Shown one piece after another: positions 17,458-26,443 of a DNA stretch of 29,761 nt. The notes beneath the pieces are model-generated. The model did not search any database. It saw only the letters and a program-made list of their open reading frames with translations, and was not told where the DNA came from. Source of the stretch: an uncultured Chloracidobacterium sp. (GTDB lineage Bacteria > Acidobacteriota > Blastocatellia > Pyrinomonadales > Pyrinomonadaceae); the NCBI GenBank assembly GCA_964432145.1, contig CAYSMU010000002.1, forward strand, positions 1 through 29,761, read 5' to 3'. The translations under genes and the position numbers were made by a program. Within the stretch, counting starts at the first letter, position 1. Each line of letters opens with the position of its first letter.

Positions 17458-18341
17458 TTCAGTTTGGATTTCGCTATGGCTACCTTGGTCCTCAGAGTGT
17501 CGATCCGCTCGGAACTAACACCCTGACGGGCCGCCAGTTGCAGAGATCTTTCACCCAGCAATAAATAGATCTCCAACAACTCGTCCGAGACATTTTCGTT
17601 GAGCGATGTCAGGTGCCGGGTAAAGGTCTCGATATCGGCACGAGCGAAAGTGCCGGTGAGAGCCGCCGACGGCGACTGTTCCTCAAGATTCCTAACCGTG
17701 CTCAATACGAGCGGAAGCAGTATCTCTTTTGAACGTTCGGATTCAAGGCCGCACCTTGTCATCATCTCGACGGCCGCATCAAAGAGTGCGACGAGATGGC
17801 CGCACGCCGTAACGGCCGCCGCGTGATACAAGGTCTTGAATCGCGTATCTATGGAGAATGGAATTCCCCCGATATCGGCCACAAGTTCCGTACCGGCCGT
17901 TACAGCTCTTTCGTCACCCTCGACACAGAAATACGACCCTCGGAATCGGTCCGGGCCGAACTCAGCCCGGCTGATCGAAACCAGAGGATGTATCGAACCA
18001 ACGTCACATCCGTTCTCTCGCAGTCCGCCTAGGATCGACGAATCGAGAGCGCCGCTAGTATGAAATACGAGCGTACCGGCGGAAACAAGCCCGGCCAGGA
18101 GTTCGGCAGCATCGCGGATACACGCATCCTGAGTGGTAATAAAGACGATATCTCCCGCAACTCGCTCCAGATCGTCAAAACTGACGATCTCCGGCCCTGA
18201 CGGCGACACCAGGCCCGGCGGAATTGCGTCATGAGAATCGGTCCGGGAGACAAGGCGTTCGACACGGTACTTGTTCGGCGGCAATGACAGAGCAAGTGCT
18301 CCGCCTACGCGGCCAATACCTACGATCGTTACGCTAAGCAT
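17451..18341 (-). CDS. Rossmann-like and DUF2520 domain protein (PanG-like ketopantoate reductase family)
   Basis: IVGIGRVGGAL (NAD(P) binding), FHTSGA, GSIHPL, YHAAAV, LTGTFARAD. Confidence 0.88.
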   Translation of the reverse strand: MLSVTIVGIGRVGGALALSLPPNKYRVERLVSRTDSHDAIPPGLVSPSGPEIVSFDDLERVAGDIVFITTQDACIRDAAELLAGLVSAGTLVFHTSGALDSSILGGLRENGCDVGSIHPLVSISRAEFGPDRFRGSYFCVEGDERAVTAGTELVADIGGIPFSIDTRFKTLYHAAAVTACGHLVALFDAAVEMMTRCGLESERSKEILLPLVLSTVRNLEEQSPSAALTGTFARADIETFTRHLTSLNENVSDELLEIYLLLGERSLQLAARQGVSSERIDTLRTKVAIAKSKLKW

Positions 18342-18397
18342 ACCGATAAACTATATTCCAAAAGCGGTATTTCGCGTAATTGTGCGAGGGGACGGGA

Positions 18398-21300
18398 TCA
18401 GGGACTTGTTACTATTTCCACGGAGGGGACTCCGTCACCCCATTTCGGGCCAGGAACGTCTATGTCCTCGATATCGGCGGTAGCTTCCATGGTACCCGCA
18501 TGGAATTGTCCTGAAAGTCCCTCCGCTGCACGATCTGCTACTCGTCGGATCAGTCGGAGATCCTGGCCCGTCAGCGACGCGACGCCGCCGGCTCCGTCCA
18601 CCAGCTCAAGGATGCGGAGAATGGCCGTACGCATCGCGTCCGATTCTGCTGCGTCGACTATCGCAGCCGCGTTTGACCGAAGCGCAACCTCGATCGACGA
18701 CAAACCGCTCTCCAGCGTCGAGCGAAGTTCTTTTGCTAAGTCACCGCCGCCTCCGTTTGAGAGAGCGAATGAACATCCGCAGTAGGGTCTTTCTTCAAGG
18801 ATATCCTTCGTCGGTGCATTACATTTCCTTCCGCGTATCTCACGGATCATTGCCCTCGCTGTTGAGAGGAAAGTAGGGTCCGCCCACGATGCATGGGATA
18901 AGTTTTCGAAGGCCGACCATTCGGGCGAGGCAAGTATCTCGCGCAGTTCCTCACCGGCTGTTGCGTCTCTCATAGCCCGGTCATGCCTCTCAACATAATG
19001 GTCCCGGAACGCAGAAATAAACCGCTCCCAGCTCGGAGCGACGAGCCCCGCGTCGCTCGATTTGGACCAAAACGCCTCCGGATCGATCGCAGCAAGCAAT
19101 TCGCTCCTGGCGGATTCAACCCCCGCGTCTGAAGTTGGTTCACAAACAGCAACGTAGGCGGCAATAGCGGAACGGCGAGATACGCTGCTTGTGAAATCGC
19201 CCAGGACACGAAGTTCGTTCTTTTTTCGTTCGAATTCTTCCTCAGAATCGGAGAAATTCTCCGCTATGGTATGCAAACACTGATCGAGCGAAATCTCATC
19301 TTTCACCAGTGCCTCGATGGCGGCCGCCATCGAACCAAAGGAATTGCGAAGACTGGCCGCCGTCTTCCATATCTGCGCGTTCAGACTCTCGTCGGGAAGG
19401 GACTCGAAATCCGCCAGGATCCGACTGTCGTTCCACGCCGTTAGCCAGCCGGTCAGCGAATCGATGACGAGCAGCCTGTCTTCGACCCGATCCAAGGACT
19501 TTATGCCGGAATTCCCGGTCGCAAGTTTGGCCCACGCAAGGAGCCGGTCGGGGGCGAAAAGTTCGTTGAGCGGCTTTGCAATTCCAACAATGTCGTCCCA
19601 GATGATCTGAAGGTCGAGTGAACGATGATTGATCCTGTTTCCGCTCGACGTGACAAACTCGAACTCGCGTTGCCCCACAAGAGCGGCAAGAACAAGATGC
19701 TGCGACTCCCGAGTGAGCCCAAATGGACGATCTCTCATCCGATCCCCAAGTTCTTCAAGGGAAATAACACCATTGTTCGGAGTTCCGACAGCATCAAAAG
19801 CAGCTCGGACCACCGGCAGTGAATTCAAGACTTCGGGGGGAGATGCAACGTATTCCTCGCCCTGTTTGATCGCGAGACCGAGTGGAGCGGCGAATGCTTC
19901 GACGAGTTTCTGAATATCCGGATCAGTCGGCCGCGTCCTGCCAAAGAACTCTCCAACCAGCGACGCCGCTTCCTTCATATTCAATGGGCTTTCGAATCGC
20001 GGATGCTCGGGAAATCGAGATTCGAATATCGGCTCCAAGAGGGGCGTCAGAAGCTGAGCCAGGCTGTGTAAGGCCGACGCATCGGGAGGAAAGCCAAACT
20101 TGCCTCCGTCTGCCTCGAGATGAGCATCTCTAAGAAAAACCCTCTGACAGATCTTGTCAACGCCAATGCTGTGCATATGCATCGCGTTCATCAACCCATC
20201 ACCGAGGCTCTCTCTGATACGCGCGTCATTCTGCAGGAGATAGTGTCTCCGGACCGTGTCTCTTTCTTCAGGGTCAAGGTCTGCGACGTTCCAGATGATC
20301 GCACTGGGATCGTCCGTTGGTTTTTTGTCCGCGTTAATTATCTGGATCCACCAGTCCGTTTTGTGCGGCCTGTCCTGATCCGAGGTTTGGCTCCATCGTA
20401 CCTCCCCTCGGCGCACAGCTCCGCGCCATTCCACGCTGCACGAAGATGGCATTCCCGCGTCCATTAGTGAAGCGTCGAGATCGCTGAATTTCTCGCCGGC
20501 CTGTCGAAGGAGCGTAAGCCAGACGGCATCATCATCCACTTCGGCCGCCGCGAGATTCAGCTCGTTTCCGCCACTCTCCTTGGCGGCAAGCCTAAGAGTG
20601 TATTTGGAAAGCTTACCGTCCTGTCCGGTACGCACGACGCCGTCGGGGAGAGCGTCTACGAATGTATCCAACAGATGCTCGACTTCGATTGACGGGCTGT
20701 AAGATTCTTCCGCATCGAAGATCATCATCGATGCGGCAATTTCCGCTGCGGTCGTTCCCTGCCCGTCGAGCGAAAGCATAAACAGCCCTTTAAGGGCCAG
20801 TTTTGCCTGCAAACGCTGCTGGACCGGCATCTTGGCGACAACCTGCAGCTCGAGGCGGTCATATGCTTCAAATGACTCTTTCAGCTCAACGGTCGCCCTA
20901 AGGCGTTTTTCCACGCTGTCAAAGACCTCATCGAGACCGATAAGGGAATTAGCCGGTCGCCCAAGTATTTTGACGCCTGCCTCAGAGGCAAAGCCAAGTA
21001 GTGCAAACTCCTGAATATAGAGCCGGATCAGCGGAGCGATCTCCACCGTAGCTGGGTGCAGCGGATAGAGCGACGTAAACCGCTGTTCGCTCCACCTGAA
21101 TCCCGGCATCAGCCGCCGGTAATCTTCGTATATCTCGCGAAGCAGCGGTAGCTTTGTACTATTTTTGGTAAATATGTGCGAATCGACGATCTTGTACAAG
21201 TGTTCCTGGTCAAGATAATTGATCGAGAAATTCGCGGAGATCGAAGAATTTGGCCCGTCCGCGCCTGAAATATCGTCGTCGAGGGCGACCCCGACAAAGA

Positions 21301-21883
21301 TCCCCAGGGTATCGGCCGCCTCGGCGATCTCGCTGATCATCGGCCCATCGTCACGTGCGACTCGCGTCTCCCTTCCCGGCGCCGTGTCGATAAGCACGAC
21401 CAGAGGACTATCACCGGCGTGTTCCGACGCCCGCAGCAGCAGGTCGTACAGGGAGTCGCTGAGAGTACCGGGATTTACACTTAATAGCTCCGCAACGGCC
21501 CTTTTCAGTTCATCAACCAGTGACGTGCCCGATCCGCGCCGGATAAACGCAACACTGCCGTGCTTGCGAGAAAGCCGTTCCGCCGCCGCTGCGACGTAAG
21601 AATCTGAGATTCTCACCCTCAGTTCGGGCCGGGAGACGATGCTTGCGATCACCGCGAGAAAATGGCTCTTTCCGACACCCCTGAAGCCTGCCAGTGCAAG
21701 GGCGGCGCCTTGTCCGGGCCGGACCCGAGAGACACGGTCGATCCATTTGGCCATTAGATCGGCGGTAATATCGGTAAAATGATATCCCCCGAGCGTCAAT
21801 GACGGATCGGCACCAAAGTCATGTAAGTGAACAAAAGGGCGGACCTCAACGATGTCCTTGACCTTTTCGACGACTCGCTTCAT
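18398..21883 (-). CDS. Large P-loop NTPase-like protein, DUF6079/BrxC(PglY)-like
   Basis: 1161 aa. Walker A GFRGVGKS(H), Walker B position VVLIDT, LYPLHP motif, long helical/coiled-coil region, C-terminal C-x13-CxC (KC...PYCGC). Confidence 0.65.
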   Translation of the reverse strand: MKRVVEKVKDIVEVRPFVHLHDFGADPSLTLGGYHFTDITADLMAKWIDRVSRVRPGQGAALALAGFRGVGKSHFLAVIASIVSRPELRVRISDSYVAAAAERLSRKHGSVAFIRRGSGTSLVDELKRAVAELLSVNPGTLSDSLYDLLLRASEHAGDSPLVVLIDTAPGRETRVARDDGPMISEIAEAADTLGIFVGVALDDDISGADGPNSSISANFSINYLDQEHLYKIVDSHIFTKNSTKLPLLREIYEDYRRLMPGFRWSEQRFTSLYPLHPATVEIAPLIRLYIQEFALLGFASEAGVKILGRPANSLIGLDEVFDSVEKRLRATVELKESFEAYDRLELQVVAKMPVQQRLQAKLALKGLFMLSLDGQGTTAAEIAASMMIFDAEESYSPSIEVEHLLDTFVDALPDGVVRTGQDGKLSKYTLRLAAKESGGNELNLAAAEVDDDAVWLTLLRQAGEKFSDLDASLMDAGMPSSCSVEWRGAVRRGEVRWSQTSDQDRPHKTDWWIQIINADKKPTDDPSAIIWNVADLDPEERDTVRRHYLLQNDARIRESLGDGLMNAMHMHSIGVDKICQRVFLRDAHLEADGGKFGFPPDASALHSLAQLLTPLLEPIFESRFPEHPRFESPLNMKEAASLVGEFFGRTRPTDPDIQKLVEAFAAPLGLAIKQGEEYVASPPEVLNSLPVVRAAFDAVGTPNNGVISLEELGDRMRDRPFGLTRESQHLVLAALVGQREFEFVTSSGNRINHRSLDLQIIWDDIVGIAKPLNELFAPDRLLAWAKLATGNSGIKSLDRVEDRLLVIDSLTGWLTAWNDSRILADFESLPDESLNAQIWKTAASLRNSFGSMAAAIEALVKDEISLDQCLHTIAENFSDSEEEFERKKNELRVLGDFTSSVSRRSAIAAYVAVCEPTSDAGVESARSELLAAIDPEAFWSKSSDAGLVAPSWERFISAFRDHYVERHDRAMRDATAGEELREILASPEWSAFENLSHASWADPTFLSTARAMIREIRGRKCNAPTKDILEERPYCGCSFALSNGGGGDLAKELRSTLESGLSSIEVALRSNAAAIVDAAESDAMRTAILRILELVDGAGGVASLTGQDLRLIRRVADRAAEGLSGQFHAGTMEATADIEDIDVPGPKWGDGVPSVEIVTSP

Positions 21884-21895
21884 CTGAAAACTTAT

Positions 21896-21922
21896 TTAGA
21901 ACACTTAGGGGCAGAGTGCTAA
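21896..21922 (-). promoter_or_regulatory. CIRCE-like element (HrcA operator)
   Basis: Minus strand reads TTAGCACTC-tgcccctaa-GTGTTCTAA against the consensus TTAGCACTC-N9-GAGTGCTAA. That is 9/9 plus 7/9 with exact 9-nt spacing, 12 nt upstream of the ATG at 21883. Confidence 0.75.
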
Positions 21923-22058
21923 CCGGAACGATTTCTCGCTGTTGCCGGCTTCACATAAAACGGTCGAAATCTCGACCTGCGGTATATAGTTTAACAAGTT
22001 TGGTCACAATATTGAATACCTAATCTGCACCCATGCCATTTTTTTCCATTTTTTCCGC

Positions 22059-22107
22059 TTTTCACAACTTATAAGCCAACTCTCGCATCAAAAGTACGTT
22101 GTGAAAA
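22059..22107. repeat. Perfect 10-bp inverted repeat with 29-nt spacer
   Basis: TTTTCACAAC (22059-22068) and GTTGTGAAAA (22098-22107) in the AT-rich divergent intergenic region. Confidence 0.8.
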
Positions 22108-22162
22108 ACTCCGTAATGGGGATAGAATTTGGTAACAGGGACCTTTTGTCAGGAGAAAGTTT

Positions 22163-23353
22163 ATGTATCGCTCATTGATCAGGCAGTTCGGCGCTGTAAT
22201 AACCGTGTTAAGCGTATGGTTCACCACGGTCGCGATGCTGCCTATGTCTGGAATCGCTCAGGATAGTTCTGCTTCAAAGGACGGGGCTGTTAAACAGGAT
22301 AAGAAGAGTGATAAGAAGAAAGATGCCAAGCCCGCGGCAACGCCGTCCGGCCCGACCCCGCTGAGCACGAAGGAAGATCCGGCACAGATCGGAAAGCGCA
22401 ATATCAACAGCGGTACCGATAAGCTGTTTGGCTGGCTCGGCGGCTCGCAGGAAAAGGAAATGCAGATCGGCCGTCAGCTAGCTCTCGAGGTTGAGCAGCA
22501 GGCGAAAATGATCGACGACCCGGTAATTACCGAGTATGTTAATCGTGTCGGCCAGAATGTCGTGCTCCACTCCGACGCGAAGATCCCGTTTACGATCAAG
22601 GTCATCGATAGCGACGAGGTCAATGCATTCGCACTTCCGGGCGGATTTTTCTTCGTTAATAAGGGCCTGCTCCTGGCAGCCGACAACGAAGCAGAACTTG
22701 CCGGCGTCATGGCACACGAGATAGCTCACGTCGCTGCCCGCCACGCAATGGAAAATCAGGGCAAGGGCACGCTCCTACAGTACGGAATGCTCGCCGGTAT
22801 CCTGTTCGGCGGCGGTATCGCGAGTGCGGTTCTGCAAAACGCAGGCGGCATTACACAGGCGATGGCCTTCTTCAAGTTCAGCCGCAATTCCGAGGGTGAG
22901 GCTGATCGGCTCGGTGTGCAATACCTTTACGCATCTGGTTACGACCCCACCGCGATGTCGACCATGTTCGAGAAGCTTGCTTCTCAAAACAAGAAAAAGC
23001 CGGGTACCTTGTCCAAGCTCTTTTCGTCGCATCCGCAGTCCGTTGACCGGCGTGATGAGAGCCTCCAGCTTGTTGCACGATTTCCTGAAAAGGAAGAGTA
23101 CGTGATCAGCACGTCTGAGTTTCAGCGTGTGAAGAGCCATCTGATGCGTCAAACAAATGCTAAGGCAGGCGTAATGGTCGATTTTGACCAGGCGGATGAT
23201 AGCCGGCCGACATTGAAGAAGCGCCAGCCCGATAGTACCGATCCCGCATCCACCGATGGTGATGCAAGCTCGTCCTCATCGTCTGACGGCCCGCCAAAGC
23301 TCAAGAAGAAGAGCGAGCCCGAACCGCAGGCGACCCCGACGCCGCAACCCTAA
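22163..23353 (+). CDS. M48 family zinc metalloprotease (BepA/YfgC-like core)
   Basis: Signal peptide, VNAFALPGG, HEIAH (HExxH), FSRNSEGEADRLG, SSHP; SD AGGAG. Confidence 0.93.
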   Translation: MYRSLIRQFGAVITVLSVWFTTVAMLPMSGIAQDSSASKDGAVKQDKKSDKKKDAKPAATPSGPTPLSTKEDPAQIGKRNINSGTDKLFGWLGGSQEKEMQIGRQLALEVEQQAKMIDDPVITEYVNRVGQNVVLHSDAKIPFTIKVIDSDEVNAFALPGGFFFVNKGLLLAADNEAELAGVMAHEIAHVAARHAMENQGKGTLLQYGMLAGILFGGGIASAVLQNAGGITQAMAFFKFSRNSEGEADRLGVQYLYASGYDPTAMSTMFEKLASQNKKKPGTLSKLFSSHPQSVDRRDESLQLVARFPEKEEYVISTSEFQRVKSHLMRQTNAKAGVMVDFDQADDSRPTLKKRQPDSTDPASTDGDASSSSSSDGPPKLKKKSEPEPQATPTPQP

Positions 23354-23372
23354 TTCGACACTATATATCTTC

Positions 23373-23408
23373 AAAAAAACACCGGCCGACGAATCGACCG
23401 GTGTTTTT
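23373..23408. terminator. Bidirectional intrinsic terminator
   Basis: AAAAAAACACCGGCCGA-CGAA-TCGACCGGTGTTTTT. GC stem with one mismatch, flanked by A and T tracts, between the convergent M48 and bamD genes. Confidence 0.88.
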
Positions 23409-23430
23409 ACTTTGGCTCTCAGTCTCGGGA

Positions 23431-24957
23431 CTATTTCTTTTCTTCAGGCTGCGGGCTCGGCTTCGGCGGAACAACGGCCTGCCGCTGCGTAATTACTGTC
23501 GTTAACGCCTGCGGTATCTGATTTACGAGTATGTCGCCCTGGTTCTCGATGATCTGGTCGATCATCTCAAACTTTTCCTTGTCGAAATCTTTGGTCATAA
23601 GGACGCCATTCTTATCGATCGTCATCGGATAGATACCAAATAGCTGATTCTTGAAATTCTGGAAAAACGAAACGTCTTCGGTCGGCAGTATGTGCGCCCT
23701 TTCCGGGTTAGCCGCCGGGATCGTGGCCCCGATCAGCTCTAACTGCTCTTTGGATTTCGCCAAATACTCGCTGTTCGGATAGTCCGAGACGATCCGCTGA
23801 AAGTAGCGTGCGGCCTGGTCCGTCTCTTCTTCCACAAGATACGTTACCGCAAGCTTGTAGAGGACCTCGTCCATGAAGTTGAAATTGGGATATTTATCGA
23901 TGATCTCGCGATATCGGGACTGCGAGCCCTTCAGGCCGCCTTTTTTCTGGTCGACCGAAAGTGTGTAGTAGTAATTGGCGATCAGGAGGTTGTGCAGGCC
24001 CAAATTGTCCTGGACCTCCTTTAACCGCTTATCGGCCTCGGGCTTAAGGATCGAATTCGGATATTGCTGCAGCAGGGCCTTCAATCGTGTTTCAGCACGC
24101 TTTGCACGAGTCGCGTCGCGGTCCGGCAGGCCTATCTGGCGCATTTCCGCCTCCGCTATTTTTAAAACGACCCGATCCGCCAGAGGATGCGTCGGAAAGA
24201 ATGTCAGCCAGTCCTGATAAGCCGCAATCGCCTGGATAAGTGAACTCGTCGATCCTTCCAAATAGAATGAATCACCTACCGCGAGCTTTGACATCGGCAG
24301 ATACGGCGAATCGGGATAAGTAGTGATGATCGTCTGGAAAAGAAGACGGCCGACATCGAAGTTACGTTTTCTTACCTCGCGCGTCGCGACAACAAAAAGC
24401 TCTCTGTCGCGCCCAACCTGGACGCTCCCCAGCAATTCCTCATATTCATCGTTTCCGCCGCCCCCAAAGATACCGAGGAATTTCTTCTTTTTCTTCTTTT
24501 CGCGAGGCTGGCCGATGGTCGAGTTAGGATTTGCCCTGGCCGAGGCGGTCTCCAATTGAGCGGTATCCACGCGGCCCTGGAGTTCAGCGACCATCTGTTC
24601 CAGCGAATCGAGGTCGGCCCGCTCGTATTTCTCGCCGCGGTCGACCTTACCCCGAAGGCTGTTGACATCGGACTGCAGCCTCGAAGTATCCTTTTCGAGA
24701 GCGACTAGACGGCCAAGTGGCGTGTTCAGCTTCTTTTCGTCGTCCTTCTTGTTCTTATCGTCCTTGTTCTCCTCTTTGAGAACGGCGATCGCACTGTTAA
24801 GCGAACGGCGCATGCGCTCTAATTTATCGCGCATCACATCCAGTCGCTGGAGGGCCGTGCCGTCACCGGGCTTCACCTGACCATACGCCGCAACGCCCAG
24901 GCCAAGTACCGTCAATATGGTGAAAAGAACAATCTTTTTTGCGTCAAAAAACTTCAT
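23431..24957 (-). CDS. bamD: Outer membrane protein assembly factor BamD with N-terminal coiled-coil extension
   Basis: TPR region typical of BamD (FQTIITTYPDSPY, YQDWLTFFPTHP, RDATRAKRA, LLQQYPNS, YREIIDKYPNF, EVLYKLA). Start reassigned to the ATG at 24957, which begins a signal peptide. Confidence 0.85.
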   Translation of the reverse strand: MKFFDAKKIVLFTILTVLGLGVAAYGQVKPGDGTALQRLDVMRDKLERMRRSLNSAIAVLKEENKDDKNKKDDEKKLNTPLGRLVALEKDTSRLQSDVNSLRGKVDRGEKYERADLDSLEQMVAELQGRVDTAQLETASARANPNSTIGQPREKKKKKKFLGIFGGGGNDEYEELLGSVQVGRDRELFVVATREVRKRNFDVGRLLFQTIITTYPDSPYLPMSKLAVGDSFYLEGSTSSLIQAIAAYQDWLTFFPTHPLADRVVLKIAEAEMRQIGLPDRDATRAKRAETRLKALLQQYPNSILKPEADKRLKEVQDNLGLHNLLIANYYYTLSVDQKKGGLKGSQSRYREIIDKYPNFNFMDEVLYKLAVTYLVEEETDQAARYFQRIVSDYPNSEYLAKSKEQLELIGATIPAANPERAHILPTEDVSFFQNFKNQLFGIYPMTIDKNGVLMTKDFDKEKFEMIDQIIENQGDILVNQIPQALTTVITQRQAVVPPKPSPQPEEKK

Positions 24958-24983
24958 ATCAGATCCAAAACGTCGATAGAGAT

Positions 24984-25646
24984 CTAAACCCAAACCGTAC
25001 CCTTTGCCAACAAAACCTTTACGGCCTCCGCGGCGTCATCCGTACCGAATACCGCCGAGCCCGCCACAATGATCTCAGCTCCCGCGTCCGCTATCTCAGC
25101 TATATTCGCAGCATCGATGCCCCCGTCGATCTCGATCCGCACGTCCAGGCCGCGCAGATCTATCATTTGCTTAAGGCGGCGTAGCTTATCGACCATCGTC
25201 GGGATGAATTTCTGCCCGCCAAATCCAGGATTCACCGACATCAGCAAAACGAAGTCCGTATAAGGCAACGCTTCGCTGAGACTTTCGATCGGTGTCGCAG
25301 GGTTGATCGCGACTCCCGCTTTTGCGCCGGCTTCGCGTACCGCGGTCAACGTTCGCTGTAAGTGAGCGTCTGCCTCGACATGGACCGAGACCATATCGGC
25401 GCCCGCCTTAACGAATTCCACTGCGTATCGCCCCGGCTCAGAGATCATCAGATGCGTATCAATCGTCATATCCGTGGCCTTTCGGATGGATCTGACCACT
25501 GGAAGTCCGATGGTGATATTCGGGACAAAATGTCCGTCCATCACGTCAACGTGAAGGATCGAAGCGCCGCCCGTTCGAACGGCTTCGATCTCATCTGCAA
25601 GCCTCGTAAAATCGGCTGAAAGGATCGACGGGGCAATTTCAAACAT
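24984..25646 (-). CDS. rpe: Ribulose-phosphate 3-epimerase
   Basis: IAPSILSADF, HVDVMDGHFVPNIT, DTHLMI, LLMSVNPGFGGQKF, IEIDGGI. Confidence 0.98.
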   Translation of the reverse strand: MFEIAPSILSADFTRLADEIEAVRTGGASILHVDVMDGHFVPNITIGLPVVRSIRKATDMTIDTHLMISEPGRYAVEFVKAGADMVSVHVEADAHLQRTLTAVREAGAKAGVAINPATPIESLSEALPYTDFVLLMSVNPGFGGQKFIPTMVDKLRRLKQMIDLRGLDVRIEIDGGIDAANIAEIADAGAEIIVAGSAVFGTDDAAEAVKVLLAKGTVWV

Positions 25647-25694
25647 GGGCAATTCGTCTCTTGATTTGTTGCAATTACGGCCGTAATCGTTGCA

Positions 25695-26357
25695 TTAGGG
25701 CCGACGTTCCGGTTTCGGCTTCGTATTTGCGGCCGGCTTCGTCGTCGGATTTGGCACACGCCCGGGAACGGCCTGCGTGTTCTTGTTCGGTTTATCCGAA
25801 GTGTTGCCTGCCGGAGCGACCTCTTTCTTATTCGAATTCGACTCGGACGAATTCGAGTTCGAGTTTGACGCTCCGTCCGAGTTTGACTCGCCGTTAACGT
25901 CTCGCGCCGTATCGGCTTTCTTTTTATTGGTATTTGTATTGCTTTTAGGCTTTTTCGGCTTGTCCGTGATCATTTCCTCGATCTTTTCCGAGTCATCTTC
26001 GTCGGAGGAGTTTTTAAGGCTGTCGGGCTGAGTTCCGTCCCCCGGCCCTTTGCTGGTAACGACCAGGATCAACTGCCCTGTTTTCACGGTTTCGCCCGCC
26101 TTTGGAAGCTGCTCGATCACTGTCCCGGGGCTTTCCTGACTAAATCGATCTGCCCGCTTTTTGACCTTCAACCCGAGCGAGGCGAGTTCGGCTTCTCCGG
26201 TGCCGAGGTCTTTGCCGGTGATCTCGGGCACCTGTACTTCTCTGCCCTGCAGCGACATATAGACAACACCGGCCATTCCAAAAAGAAAAGCCACGGCTAA
26301 AACAGCGATCGCCGCTAAACGTCCTAAAGCGGAAAAACCCGAGTTAATAATACTCAT
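25695..26357 (-). CDS. Membrane-anchored single PASTA domain protein
   Basis: N-terminal TM, then VQVPEITGKDLGTGEAELASLGL...PGTVIEQLPKAGETVKTGQLILVVTSKG (PASTA), then a disordered Asn/Ser/Lys tail. Confidence 0.88.
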   Translation of the reverse strand: MSIINSGFSALGRLAAIAVLAVAFLFGMAGVVYMSLQGREVQVPEITGKDLGTGEAELASLGLKVKKRADRFSQESPGTVIEQLPKAGETVKTGQLILVVTSKGPGDGTQPDSLKNSSDEDDSEKIEEMITDKPKKPKSNTNTNKKKADTARDVNGESNSDGASNSNSNSSESNSNKKEVAPAGNTSDKPNKNTQAVPGRVPNPTTKPAANTKPKPERRP

Positions 26358-26443
26358 CCGTTGCCTACCTCAAAACTAATCCGTAAGTTTAACACCTTTG
26401 CGAAAAACAAAAAACCGGGATCGCCTCAATTTCACCGGACCGG

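Noticed and set aside
25770-25960. Repetitive GAATTCGA/GAGTTCGA/GAGTTTGA tract
   Set aside because: It encodes the Ser-Asn low-complexity tail of the PASTA protein and is not an independent element.
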